This document shows, piece after piece, positions 42,894-55,346 of a DNA stretch of 64,000 nt. The DNA lies in NCBI GenBank assembly GCA_024679065.1, contig JAGIQG010000027.1, positions 28,954,001 to 29,018,000 on the forward strand, read 5' to 3'. The notes under the pieces are model-generated. The model had not been told where the DNA came from, made no database searches, and saw nothing but the letters and a program-made list of their open reading frames with translations. Position 1 is the stretch's first letter. Each line of letters opens with the position of its first letter. Source of the stretch: Sphyrna mokarran. Its lineage: Eukaryota. The translations under genes were made by a program, and so were the position numbers.

Positions 42894-43332
42894 GAATTTG
42901 TTTTGCCAATTAGCCCAAGAGCACATTTTTGGGATGTGGGAGGAAACAGGAGCACCCAGTTTCCACACGTGCTCCGTGTGGAAAAACCCCACGCAAGCAC
43001 GGGCCACAGACACAGGCCCAAATCCATGTATCTGCACAGCACAGCGATAGTCACTGAGCTGTCATGTTGCCCATCAAATGGTCCAGGTCAAGCATACACT
43101 AACGACGTGAAGCACTAGGATACTCTCAAAAAACAAATCTAAGAGCAGCCCTCTCACAACCCATCGCGTGTATGCCCCTTGTTAGACAAAATGCATCACC
43201 AAAGCACCTGTAGGACAAAAACAAGCACATCAATATCATCATCTATTTACACACTTCCCAGGGACTCCCAAGGCTCGTGATCCCTATTTTAAATCAGTTT
43301 TCTATACCCCTTCATTCCCATTCTGTTCATGG
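42894..43332 (-). mobile_element. ORF2-end / proximal 3' UTR fragment of V-SINE-tailed CR1
   Basis: Close match to 56985-57413. Confidence 0.85.
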
Positions 43333-43399
43333 CTGTAAATAATTAGATCAGTAAAATGTTCTGAAGGGGAAAAATCCTTTAATTTCAGAAATGGAATGA

Positions 43400-43710
43400 C
43401 ATACTGGCAAGCATTGCTGCCTTTCAGCGCCAAGGACCTAGACTCAGTTCCAGCCTCAGGTCACTTTCTGTGTGAAGTTTGTACATTCTCTCCATGTCTG
43501 CCTAGGTTTCTACGGGTGCTCTGGTTTCCTCCCACACTCCATAGATGTGTGGGTTAGGTTGATTGGCCATGCTAAATTACCTCTTAGTGTCAGGGGATTA
43601 GCTGGGTAAATGTGTGAGAATACCAGGATACGACTTGGATCAGATTGTCAGTGCAGACTTGATGGGTCAGATAGCCTCCTTCTACATCGAAGGAATTGCA
43701 TGATTCTATA
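43400..43710 (+). mobile_element. HE1-type V-SINE
   Basis: tRNA-like head remnant, V-domain, gattctata tail. Confidence 0.85.
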
Positions 43711-44569
43711 AGATGTCAGAGTGGACTTCCCCCATTGCGGGAAAATTGAACTTGAAGATTTTCTTAGCACTTCTGGCAACATATTCTTTAGAATGAAAAT
43801 TGATTGATATATAAACTGCATTTTTGCATGGTGAGAAATTTCACAGGGAAATGTTTGTCAAACTAGATGAAGCTTGTGTTACAGAAGAGAAAGTGTAGAA
43901 AATAAACAAACGTTATGGGTTGAATGATCAAGGATGAGTTATTTCTGTTAAGTCCATTCTGTTAAAAACTGGGTTGTACTCAGCTAAAAGCAAAGCCAGT
44001 AATGTTCTATTGGTATCACAAGGAGAAACTGGCAAGTATCTTTATGTTGCTCACTGATGATTTGAGCAATGAGTGATAAATAAAGTAAGAGTTTAAGGTT
44101 GGAAGACATGCTTCAAGAGCATTTAAATACATAAGTTTATAGGGTCAGACAGATTGAACATTACGCAAAATAAGTCAGGACTGATCTGGAATCAACCATC
44201 TTATTTAGAAAATGTGGATTGTATTCCAATAAATTGAGGCATATCCTCACAGGTGAAACAGACCAATTAAAAAGTCTGACTGGACAATTGAATAGGTTGT
44301 GCACATGACAAATCTGATGCTATTTATGATGTACCGGAACTGAGTACTCCAACAAAAAAATACAATTGAGCAAGTTCTGAGAGCAAAGAAAACATTAAGA
44401 AATTAAATTCAGAGAAAAGTACACTCAAAAGTTTCCAACATGGGATGATCAAGAGCAAGTGAAGTTAGTGGTTTTTTAGCAGTGCTTCACATGCCAATCT
44501 TTCAAATAAGACATCACTACAGCAGTCATATTCTCGGTGGGAGAAAAGTAACAAGAACTATGTATAGGC

Positions 44570-46640
44570 TTGTAAAGCCAAAAACCTAAACAGGGCCTTC
44601 AGCCCAAATAGTCCATGCTGTCCAATTTTTAACCACTAAGCTAGACCCAATTGCCTGCATTTATTCCATATCCCTCTATACCCATCTTTCCCATGCATCT
44701 GTCTAAATGCTTTTTGAAAGACAAAGTTGTACTAACCTCTACTACTGCATTTGGCAGCTCATTCTAGACATTCACCACCCTCAGTGAAAAAAGATGTCCC
44801 TCTGTGTCCTTTTGTTTCTCTCACCTCAGCTTAAATCCATGCCCTCTAGTTCTAGGCTCCCCTACCCATGGGAAAAGATATTGACTATCCAACTGATCTA
44901 TGCCCCTCATCATTTTATAGACCTCGAGAACATCATCTCTAAGTCTCCCATGCTCCAAGGAAAAAAGTCCCAGTCTATCCTTATAACTCAAACCATCAAG
45001 TTCCAGTAGCATCCTAGTAAATCTTTTCTGCACTCTTTCTATAATAGGGTGATCAGAACTATACACAATATTCCAAGTGTGGCCATATTAACGTTTTGTA
45101 CAATTTCAACAAGATATCCCAACTTCAGCATTATTCTGGCCAATGAAACCAAGCATGCCGAACGCCTTTTTTAATCAACTTGTCCACCTGTGACTCCACT
45201 TTCAAGGAGCTATGAATCTGAATTTCTAGATTTCTTTGTTCTATAACTCTCCCTACCATTAACTGATTAGGTCCTGCCCCAATTCGATATACCAAAATGC
45301 ATCACCTCACATTTGTCTAATTAAACACCATCTGCCATTCATCAGCCCATTGGCATAATTGATCAAGATTCCATTGCAAACCTAGGTAACTTTCTTCACT
45401 GTCCACTATGCCACTAATCTTACTGTCATCTGCAAACTTACTAACTGTACCTTCTAAATTCTCATTCAAATCATTAATATAAATAACAGATAACAATGCA
45501 CCCAGCACTGATCCCTGAGGCTGGTCACAAGCCTCCAGTTTGAAAAACTCTACATCCTCCCTCTGTCTTCTGCTGTCAAGTCAATTTTGTATCCATGTGC
45601 AACCTCATCCTGGATCTTGTGAGGTTTAACCTTATGCAACAACCTATGTGGTACCTTGTCAAAGGCCTTGCTAAAGTCCACGTAGACAACATTGACTGCT
45701 GTGCTCACATGTACCTTTTTTTGGTTACCCCTTCAAAAAAACTTAAAATTTGAATAACATGATTTTCCACTCAAAGCTATGCTGACTGTCCCTAATCAGT
45801 CCTTGTCTCTCTAAACTCCTATCGATCCTGTCTCTCAGAATACCTTCTAATAACTTACCTGCTACAGCCATTAAGCTCACTAGTCTATAGTTCCATGGCT
45901 TTTCATTGCAGCCCTTCTTAAACAAAGGCACAACATTTGCTACTCTCCAATCTTCAGGCACTTCACCCGTGGCTATCAAGGATTCAAATATCTCCGCTAG
46001 GGGACCTGCAATTTCCTCCCTAGCCTCCCACAAAGTCGTGTGATACATTTCATCAGATGCTGGGGATTTATTTACCTTGATGTGCTTTAAGACTTCCAGC
46101 ACTTCTTTTCTCCAATATGGACACTCCTTAAGACATCACTATTTATTTCCCCAAGTTCCCTAACACACATGCCTTTCTCAACAGTAAATACAAATGAGAA
46201 ATATTCATTTAGGATCTCACCCATCTCTTGTGGATCTGCACAAAGATGACCATGTTAATCCTTAGGAGGCCCTACTCTCTCTCTCTAGTTACTCTTTTGT
46301 CCTTTATGTATTTGTAACTTTGCACATTCTCCTTTGGCTTATCTGTCAAAGCAATCTTGTGTCCCTTTTTGCTCTCCTGATTTCTCTCTCAACTCTACTT
46401 CAACAACCTCTATACTTGATCCACTTGATCCCAGCTGCCAGTGCACATCATATTCCTTCTTTCCCTTTTTGATTAGGGCCTCAATAGCCAGAGTCTTCCA
46501 GGATTTCCTACTTCTACCAGCCTTGCCCTTCACTCTAAAAGGAATATGCTTACCCTGAACCCTGGTTAACACATTTCTGAAAGCCTCCCACTTACCAGCC
46601 TCTCCGTCTGCCGACAGACTCCCTCAAATCAATTTCTAAA
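44570..46640 (-). mobile_element. CR1 LINE fragment (~2 kb)
   Basis: ORFs 44821..45066, 45317..45508 (SKFADDSK), 45743..46102 (PEDWRVANVVPLFKKG). Confidence 0.9.
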
Positions 46641-47164
46641 ACTTAAACATTTTAAGGGAAATCCTATTCTTTGAGGAAAACATTTCTATTGAATGTTATG
46701 CAAATAATAGTTCTCTATGGGATAATGTACATTCAATGAAGAATGTAACTGAAAAAAGGTTAAGGATTGATTGTGCTGGCAAAAAATGTTAGAGAGAAAG
46801 AGAGATCGCCAAGATAAAATGGATCAATACAAATCATCAGTTATAAAAAGGGAATATTTGCTCAAAGAAATTGTTGGAGGTCCTCGTAGAGGGATGTCTT
46901 GTATTATAATGGTTTAAAGAAATGTGGGAAATCGCTTATTTTGAACTTATTGAGTGTTACAAAATTGTTTAAAGAAAGGAGAATCTGTTAATGTTCTGTT
47001 AATTAAGTACTTTGGGCACATTTGATTTTTTTTGTTAGAATCCCACCAGAGCCTTTCACCCGCTCATTAGTTTATTTTATTGATTTGATTTTTGTTTATT
47101 AAAAAGTGCATAAACAGGAGAATAGCTGGGACACTGGGGTGGCAGATGAGACCAAAGTAAATAA

Positions 47165-48270
47165 ACTTTCTGTTAAAGAACATCCGATTTGAACCTGCTC
47201 TGCCTTTCAGCGAGATCAGATCTGTTGTGGTATCCTCTCCACTTTCCTGACTGCACCCATAACCCTTGACTAACAAAAAATCTATTTAACTCAGCCTTGA
47301 ACAAATTCAGTGACACAACCTCCACTACCTTCTGGGGTAGATAATTCTACACAGATACTCAAAAGAAAAACTCCTCATTTCTGTTTGAAAAGCGAGACCT
47401 CTTATTCTTAAATGATATCTTTGAGTTCTAGTGTCTCCCACAAGAGAAAACATCCTTCTGGTAGCCATCCAGCCAATCCCCTCAAGATTTTATATGTTTC
47501 AATAAGATTCTGCTTACTCTTTTAAACTCCTAGGAGTATAATTGGAGCACAATAACTCTTTCTTCATAAGAGAAGTCATTCATCCCAGTAGCATAGGAGA
47601 CCAAAACTATACACAGTACTCCAGATATGGTCTCACCAATGCCCTGTACAGTTGCACTATAACTTCTCTAATTATATATTCCATTCCAATAAATGCTAAC
47701 ATTCAATTTACTTTCCTAATCACTTGCTGTACCTGCATACTAATTTTGTGATCCATATACTAGGAGACACAGGCCTTTTTGTACCACCCAGTTCTGCAAT
47801 CTCCATCTATTTAAAGAGTATACTGCTTTCTATTTTTCCTGCCAAAACGAACCCAAGTCATATTCCATCTGCAAATTTTACGCTCATTCACTTAATCTGT
47901 CTTTATCCTTTATCAGCCTCCTCCTCCTAAGGACTTATTTTCTTAACTATGTTGATCCCATTGGTAAATATAGCTACCATATATTGTCTCTTTATAGAGA
48001 TCATTGATATAAACTTATATAGTCGAGGACTCAGCATTGACCCTTGTGCCATTCTACTACTTACGGTTTGCCAATCCAAAAAAAGTCCACTTACTTCAGT
48101 CCCCACTTCCTGTCTGTTAACCATTCCTTTATCTATGCTAATTGATTACCCCTCACACCATGTGCCCTTATCTTGTGCATAACCTTTGTGGCAACTTCTC
48201 AAATGCCTTTTAGAAATCCAAGTACACCATGTCTAATGGTTCACCTTTATCCACCGTGACTATTACCCCG
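47165..48270 (-). mobile_element. Decayed CR1 fragment
   Basis: ORF 47927..48124 WQTVSSRMAQGSMLSP; CR1 tail motifs. Confidence 0.7.
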
Positions 48271-48622
48271 TCAAAAAAAAAAAACAAACAAAACGGGACA
48301 GTGTTTTCTCTTGTGGCAGATACTAGAACTTATGGACATCATAACGGGGAAGGTTCTGTGCCTTGGTTTTGACTTCATCAACCAAGTTGGATCTTGTTAA
48401 TACAGGTATCCGTACTTTCCATTTTAAACTATGATGATTTGTTTCAGAGTAGAGCAAAACGAAGAAAAATGATTTGGTAAACTAAAGCTCCAGGGATTAA
48501 ACTAATCATCTTGTATGCAATAATTTTACCCTCAGAAATGTAATCATTTCTAATATCATGTCAATAATTTACAGGTTTCAAAACATGCACTAGAATTTAA
48601 GTATAAAATAGATAGTTCTCAC

Positions 48623-48771
48623 CGGTTAGGATTATTCTGGAACCCAACAAGTTGCTTATAATCATCTCCAGATGTTGACCAAGGAACATAGAACAAGGAG
48701 GAATCAGGAGTGGTCGACACTGATGCAGTGTAGGGTTGATGTGAATCTATATTTTCTTCATACTGAGATAC
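48623..48771 (-). CDS. MEIOC: MEIOC coding exon 3 (VSQYEENIDS...DSSLFYVPWSTSGDDYKQ...)
   Basis: ttag| acceptor, |GTGAGA donor, 149 nt, phase 0-2; conserved DSSLFYxPWSTxGDD motif. Confidence 0.9.
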
Positions 48772-49267
48772 CTAATTCAGATGCAAGACCAAATATTAAA
48801 GCTTTTGAAACGCAGTGATCTAGACTATAAATATTAGCCCTTCCAAGATAAATAGGGTAGATCTGCATTCTACACACAGTGCTAGTTAAATGAAATCAGC
48901 AAAATAATTGTCCATACTGTCAGAAAGAGTAGCTTTTAAATACTGTACAAAACAACTTAAATTTGTAAAGCACCCTTAACTTATTAAAATCCTGCAAGAA
49001 ACTTCATAGGAACATTATAAAGCAAGATACAACACTGAGTGACAAAGAGATATCAGCAAAAAAATACTGGCATTGCCAGTGATCTTAAGTAGAAGCACAA
49101 ATAAAGAAAGCCAATTCAGATGGTTGTCTCATGTCCACATTTTCAGAATCACAATGGTTACAATGTAAGGAGCCATTCGGCCTGCCATGTCCATGCCAGC
49201 ACAATGCCCAAAAATATTTTAATAAATTCTGATAAAAGGTAATCAATATGAAGCATGAAGGCCTGGT

Positions 49268-49567
49268 ATCATAGAATAACAAAATCACTACAGTATATAA
49301 GGAGGGCCTATTGACCCTACACTGATAGCAATCACACCAACACCCTATCCCCATAACCTAATGTATTTACCCTGTTGATCTGTCTGAGGCAATTTAGCAC
49401 GATCAATGCACCTAACCTGCACACTTTTGGACTGCGGGATAAAAGCAGAGCACCTGGAGAAAACCCATGCAGACACATGAAGAATATGCAAACTTCACAC
49501 AGACAGTGACCCAAGGCTGGAATTGAACCTGACACTATGAGGTAGCAGTGCTAACCACAGTGCCACT
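49268..49567 (-). mobile_element. HE1-type V-SINE
   Basis: Reverse complement of GTGGCAC.GTGGTTAGCACTGC head and V-domain. Confidence 0.85.
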
Positions 49568-50209
49568 GTATTGTTTTTTATTTTGCAAGTCCCTGCTCGG
49601 AAGCCAATCTTGGCAAATTTGGCTCTCACTCAAGAAGGGAACGCTCTAGAGGACACAGCTCCAGGAGTAGAAAGGGTACCTGTAGCTGTGTTAATGGGAG
49701 CATGAGATTCCAGATCTTGGGGTGGAGCAAATAAAGTGTCCAAACATCAGAGATGCAGACATGCAAGAACGTAAGCACAGAGCACCACTCTTGCTGCATG
49801 ACATATGGAGGCAATTCTCCCATCCCACTGTGCTGCTTTTGACCAGGAAATTCGAAGGAAGTTGTTTTGCAGGATGCCAGCTGGGCGCCACGGCTGCCAC
49901 AATTCTCCTGCAGCTAGATTCCCGACACTGTCAGCTCCATGCCAGAAATTGGCACACAACTGAATGAATTATGGTAATTTGCAATTCTTTTACGCATCAT
50001 TTACGGGCCTGTAACTGAAATCTCCTGGCCTGCTCACTTCTCTCTCAGCAATCCCCCTCCTCCTTGCTCCACAAATGCCAGGAGGTTTTCACGCGAGTGG
50101 TGTTTAGTATAATTCCCCATTTGCAGGAAGCTGTAGCTCAACCCTGCTGGATGGAAGTCTCCCTAGGCACTACCACCCTGGCAGAACCTGCTTTGGCCCC
50201 CCTACTCCC

Positions 50210-50510
50210 TTTGGGCAGTGCATCTCGAACAAGGGGACATCGCTACGAGGCTTGAGTTGTATAAATTTTTTCTTGCAGAGTGGTGAACCTCTGGAATTCT
50301 CTATCCCAAAGGATAGTAAAGGCTGGATCATTAGGAGTATTTAAAGAGGAGATGGATAAATATGATAGATAGAGGAATAGAGGGCTGTGGGGAAATGGCA
50401 CAAAAAAAGGAGTTGAGGCAGTCATTGATCAACATTGATCATACTGAATAGCAAAGCAGGTTTGAAGAGCCTGGTAGGCCACTCACACAAGAACAAAAGA
50501 AATAGAAGCA
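50210..50510 (+). mobile_element. CR1 3' fragment
   Basis: cagagtggtgaacctctggaattctctatccc (RVVNLWNSL). Confidence 0.7.
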
Positions 50511-51155
50511 GGTGTAAATTCAACATTTTTTTGAATGCTTTGGCTGGAACATAACTGGTATATTAACTAACAGAAAGTACAAGTTCATAAAGGTGAGGGG
50601 AAATTGGAACCTTAGTGAATGACAGGACAGTGATAAATTTCTTCAATTAATGGAATTTCTGGATTCAGAAATGGCAGGGGGAGGATAGATTAGAATCAAA
50701 ACAGAAGAGAAGGTAACGTTAAAAAAAATTGCATTGGAGAAAGAAAAAGGTGGCTAAAGAAAAATAATAAATTTCTAACATACTCATCGCAGGAAAGAGG
50801 CTCACCTTTAATATATATTGCTAAAAGAGTACTCATACTGTTCATAATGAGTTCTAACTTTGTGTTTAGTAGGCACATGATTATTTAATTGGCAATTAAT
50901 GTGGAATTCCAGCAAACTCTTAAAACAAAATGGGGATCTTAAGGAGCATCAAATAGGAATTTCTGAAGACTCATGTCTCTTCTTACAGGCTAGGGTGATT
51001 TGTGCACTACTGATGCCATAATTCATGAGTGTTATTTTACCAGGTAGATTTGGCTCATACTTGAATGCCATTGTGTCAACTTACTATATTTCAAATGCTT
51101 TCGTAACCAAAGATACAATGTATTCTAATTAGAATTCAGAAAATAACATTCTTAC

Positions 51156-51281
51156 ATGTGTTTTATAAGGACTGAAGAACGAATTGCAGTTAGCCAATGA
51201 ATCACTGAATACATCTGTTGATCTGCTGTTGACATCAATACCATTGTAGTAACGATTCACACTTTTCAAAATAGTTTTTGG
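51156..51281 (-). CDS. MEIOC: MEIOC coding exon 2 (PKTILKSVNRYYNGIDVNSRSTDVFSDSLANCNSFFSPYKTH)
   Basis: ttttctctttttcag| acceptor, |GTAAGA donor, 126 nt, phase 0-0; resembles recalled mammalian PKVAF...NR...TDVF. Confidence 0.85.
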
Positions 51282-51394
51282 CTGAAAAAGAGAAAACCCT
51301 TATGAACTTTGGTCATTGGGTATTTTAAAATTATTAACTTAAAATGACTAATAAATTTTAATCAGAGAAAGGAATATTTTTTATGAAATATAAA

Positions 51395-51595
51395 CAAAGA
51401 ACAAAAGTATAGCACAGGAACAGGCCTTTCGGCCCTGCAAACCTGAATTGATCATGACATCCTAACTAAAAAAATTTACTCGGTCCATACTCCTCTACCC
51501 ATCCGGATGCCTGTCAAATGTTGCTAATATGTCTGCTTCCACCATATCCTTTGGCAGTGCGTATCAGGCACCCACCACTCTGTCTGAAAAGCTCC
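51395..51595 (-). mobile_element. CR1 tail fragment hosting the Penelope insertion (continues 53451-53490)
   Basis: gcacaggaacaggcctttcggccc...ctctgtctgaaaagctcc | ccccagacatctctc. Confidence 0.7.
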
Positions 51596-53450
51596 ATGAT
51601 GTAGCGATGCTGGTGTTGGACTGGGGTAAAACACAGTAAAAAGTCTGACAATACCAGTTTTAAATCCAACTGATTAATTTGATAGCTTTTGGCTCTATGG
51701 CCTTCATCAGGCGAATGAGGTGTTCTGGTCTCCAAAAGCACACATATCAGCACAGACAGTTTACAGATTACTGATTAGAATGCGAATCTTTACACCGAAC
51801 CTGCTATTCAAGTCTTAAAGTGGCTAACAATGTGAATGGAAGGAGCACTGAGCACAGGTTAAAGGAGATGTGTATTGTCTCCAGACAGCACACTAAGTGA
51901 GGTTTTTTGCTAACCCAGGCAAGTCATGGGGGTTACAGATAGTGTGACATGAAGCCAAGATCCCTGTTAAGACCGTCCTCATGCGTGCAGAACTTGGCTA
52001 TCAGTCTCTGCGCTGTCGTGAAGGCCCCCTTGAAGAACGTTTACCCGAAGGTCGGAGGCCGAATGCCCATGACCGCTGAAGTGTTCGCCAATAGGAAGGG
52101 AACAGTTTTGCCTGGTGATAGTGGATGAATGAACATCACTCGACAGTCGTAGTGTCTGCATGGTCTTCCCAACGTACCATGCTTCAGGACATTCTTTCTT
52201 GCAACATATTAGGTAGACAACATTGGCCGAGTTGCACGAGTATGTACCGTGTACCTGGTGAATGGTACTCTCACGTTTGATGATGTCATCCACGTCGATG
52301 ATCCGACATGTCTCCCAGAGGTTGCTGTGGCAGGGTTGTGGGGTATTGTGGTCACTGTTCTCCTGAAGGCTGGGTACTTTGCTGCGAACAATGATCTGTT
52401 TGAGGTTGCACGGTTGTCTGAAGGCGAGAAGTGGAGATGGCCCTAGCGAGATGTTCATCATCATCATCAATGATATGTCGAAGACTCCGGAGAAGATGTC
52501 GTCCAGTGCTTTGTTGTCCAGTACTTCTCCGGAGCGGAAGAGCTACAGCATCTTCTCCGGAGTCTTCAACATATCATTGATGATGATGAACATCTCACTA
52601 GGACCATCCCTACACCCCCACTTCTCGCCTTCAGACAACTGCGCAACCTCAAAAAGACCATTGTTCGCAGCAAAGTACCCAACCTACAGGAGAAGGGTGA
52701 CCACAATACCACACAACCCTGCCACAGCAAACTCTGGGAGACATGTCAGATCATCGACGTGGACGACATCATCAAACGTGAGAGTACCATTCACTAGGTA
52801 CACGGTACATACTCTTGCAACTCGGCCAATGTTGTCTACCTAACATGTTGCAAGAAAGGATGTCCCGAAGCATAGCACATTGGGAAGACCATGCAGACAC
52901 TACGACAGTGGATGAATGAACATCGCTCGACAATCACAAGGCAAAACTGTTCCCTTCCTGTTGGCGAATACTTCAGTGGTCACGGGCATTCGGCCTCCGA
53001 CCGTCGGGTAAACATTCTTCAAGGGGGCCTTCACGACACACGACAGTGCAGAGCCGCTGAGCAGAGACTGATAGCCAAGTTCCGCACGCATGAGGATGGT
53101 CTTAACAGGGATCTTGGCTTCATGTCACACTATCTGTAACCCCCATGACTTGCCTGGGTTAGCAAAAAATCTCATTTAGTGTACTGCCTGGAGACAATAC
53201 ACACCTCTTTAACTTGTGCTCAATGCTCCTTTCACTCACATTGTTAGCCACTTTAAGACTTGAATAGCAGGTTAACTGTAAAGATTTGCATTCTAATCAG
53301 CAATCTGTAAACTATCTGTGCTGATATTGGAGCTATTGGAGACCAGAACACCTCATTCATCTGACGAAGACCATAGAGCCGAAAGCTTGCGTGTTTACTA
53401 TCAAATAAATTGGTTGGATTTAAAACTGGTGTTGTCAGATGTCTTACTGT
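51596..53450. mobile_element. Palindromic Penelope-like element: two head-to-head GIY-YIG/3'-end arms (51596-52498 minus; 52549-53450 plus)
   Basis: GIY-YIG motifs NVVYLICC..C...WYVGKT..LR; arms are reverse complements; TSD (t)gaaaagctcc at 51585-51595 and 53450-53460. Confidence 0.92.
53355..53393 (+). ncRNA. Minimal hammerhead ribozyme motif in the PLE terminus (degenerate mirror copy at 51680-51715, minus)
   Basis: CTGACGA-agaccatagagcc-GAAA-gcttgcgtg; mirror copy CTGATGA-AGGC catag a GCC-AAAA. Confidence 0.55.
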
Positions 53451-53524
53451 GAAAAGCTCCCCCCAGACATCTCTCTTAAGCTTTGCCCAAATATGCAATC
53501 CCTATGACTGTCTACCTTCAGATA

Positions 53525-53740
53525 CATCATGAATCACAGACTCACATCCCATCACTGAGAATCTTGGATACAGCCCAGACCCCATCACTGTGAGAATCAC
53601 AGATACAAACCCACACTATATCACTATGAGAATTACAGGTATAGACTCACACCCCATCACTGTGTGAATCACAGACAGAGACCCACACCGCATTACTTTG
53701 AGAACCACAGATACGGATCCACACCCATCAGCTATAAGTG
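53525..53740 (+). repeat. Degenerate 36-bp minisatellite, about 6 units
   Basis: Unit like GAGAATCACAGATACAGACCCACACCCCATCACTGT. Confidence 0.85.
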
Positions 53741-54099
53741 ATTTACAGCATGTTTTCACAAGATATTGACCATCTCCTACTACTTTGATTTTCCTGGTGA
53801 GATCAGTGAACTTTTCAGCATTGAGAAGCCAAATGAGCATCAGAGGACCGGCCAGCACCAGCTTCTTCCATTCAATCCGGATCAAATTCTTCGTAAGCTT
53901 CTATCCCTGGGGGTCAACTCTGAATTACCAGCATTTTTTAAAAACCAATAACACTTCCAATTTGGGACTTTATTGATTCTATATGCACAGAAACACTGAA
54001 ATGATCCACATTGTTTAAAGTCACAAACTACTACATTTTACTGTAATTAGTTTAGCAGTGCAACAGCAACAAATTTTACTCCATTCTAGAAGTGAGATC

Positions 54100-54270
54100 A
54101 AAATAAAGGATGCAAATAATGCTGGGAATCCAATACTAAAGACAAACAGCAGAATCTGAGAGGGGAAACAGAGTAAATGTTTTGGATCAATGACTTTTCA
54201 CAATTGCCGCTTGATGAATGTCTCCAGCATTTTTTGTTTTCATGAGATTTCCAGCTACCACAATATTTTT
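54100..54270. mobile_element. Decayed inverted pair of second-family PLE tails
   Basis: tgcaaataatgctgggaatc... versus ...tctccagcattttttgttttcatgagatttccagc. Confidence 0.45.
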
Positions 54271-54886
54271 AATTTGTTTTAATATTAGAATGAAATTCAC
54301 AAAAGTAATTAGCACTATAAATCCAAACAATCTGAACATCCTTCCAGCATGCCCTCTTTGACTTTGCCATTATTCTTGATTATACCTTTTTGAAGCATCA
54401 TGAATAATTTAACAACAAACATTGCACATGAAACATTTGTAAGTATTACTCTTGCTCAGTGGCAAAGGATAGAAAACACTCTCTCAAGAACTGGACTCTG
54501 ATCTGGGAACAACAAGACTTTTTCCACAACAGCTGGTTAAAGATAACCTAAAGTCAAGTACAACTTTCTTACAGTAATAGCGAAGCCTGAATAACTGTCA
54601 AAGCACTCTTTTAACATGTGCTGCAACAATGGGAAAACCCAAACTTGGATAACATTCAGGCTTGAGCTAATAATTTGCACCACATAAGCCCAAAGGCCAT
54701 TTCCAACAAGAAAGGAACTATCTACAACCAACCTTTGACATTCGATGGCACTATCCATCACTGAATCCTTCAGCATGTCATATAGTGTATCAAAAAATAA
54801 CCCATTTTATACATGAGACATCTGGAAACCATTGATCATGCGTGAAAGAGACTGAAAAGATTAATACCAGTTTTAAAAATCACACT

Positions 54887-55210
54887 GTTAGCACTGCTCC
54901 TTCACAGCTCCAAAAACCGAGGTTTGATTCCCGGCTTGGGTGACTGTTTGTATCGTATTTGCACATTCTCCTTGTGTCTGTGTGGGTTTCCTCTGGGTTC
55001 TCCAGTTTCCTCCCACAGTCCAAAGACGTGCGAGTCAGGTTGATTGGCCGTGCTAAAAGAAATTGTCCTTAGTATCCTGAAATGCGTAGGTTAGAGGGAT
55101 TAGTGGGTAAAATATGTAGGGATGTGGGGGTAGGGCCCGGGTGAGATTGTGGTCAGTGCAAGCTCCATGGTCCAAATGGCCTCTTTCGGTACTGTGGGGT
55201 TTCTATGATG
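54887..55210 (+). mobile_element. HE1-type V-SINE
   Basis: gttagcactgct...ggtttgattcccggcttgggt, V-domain, ttctatga tail. Confidence 0.88.
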
Positions 55211-55346
55211 ACTGAATGGCAGAGCTGATACAGAGGCCAAATGGCCTAATTCTGCTCCTATCTGGTAGGGTCTAAACCATCTCCAGAACTGACAAACCAA
55301 TGGAAGGCAGCTTTTTGGGGGGGGGGGGGGGGTGAGGGGCTTCCAC

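Noticed and set aside
53525-53740. 36-bp periodic repeat as a CRISPR-like array
   Set aside because: Units are contiguous with no unique spacers, the context is vertebrate, and there are no cas genes
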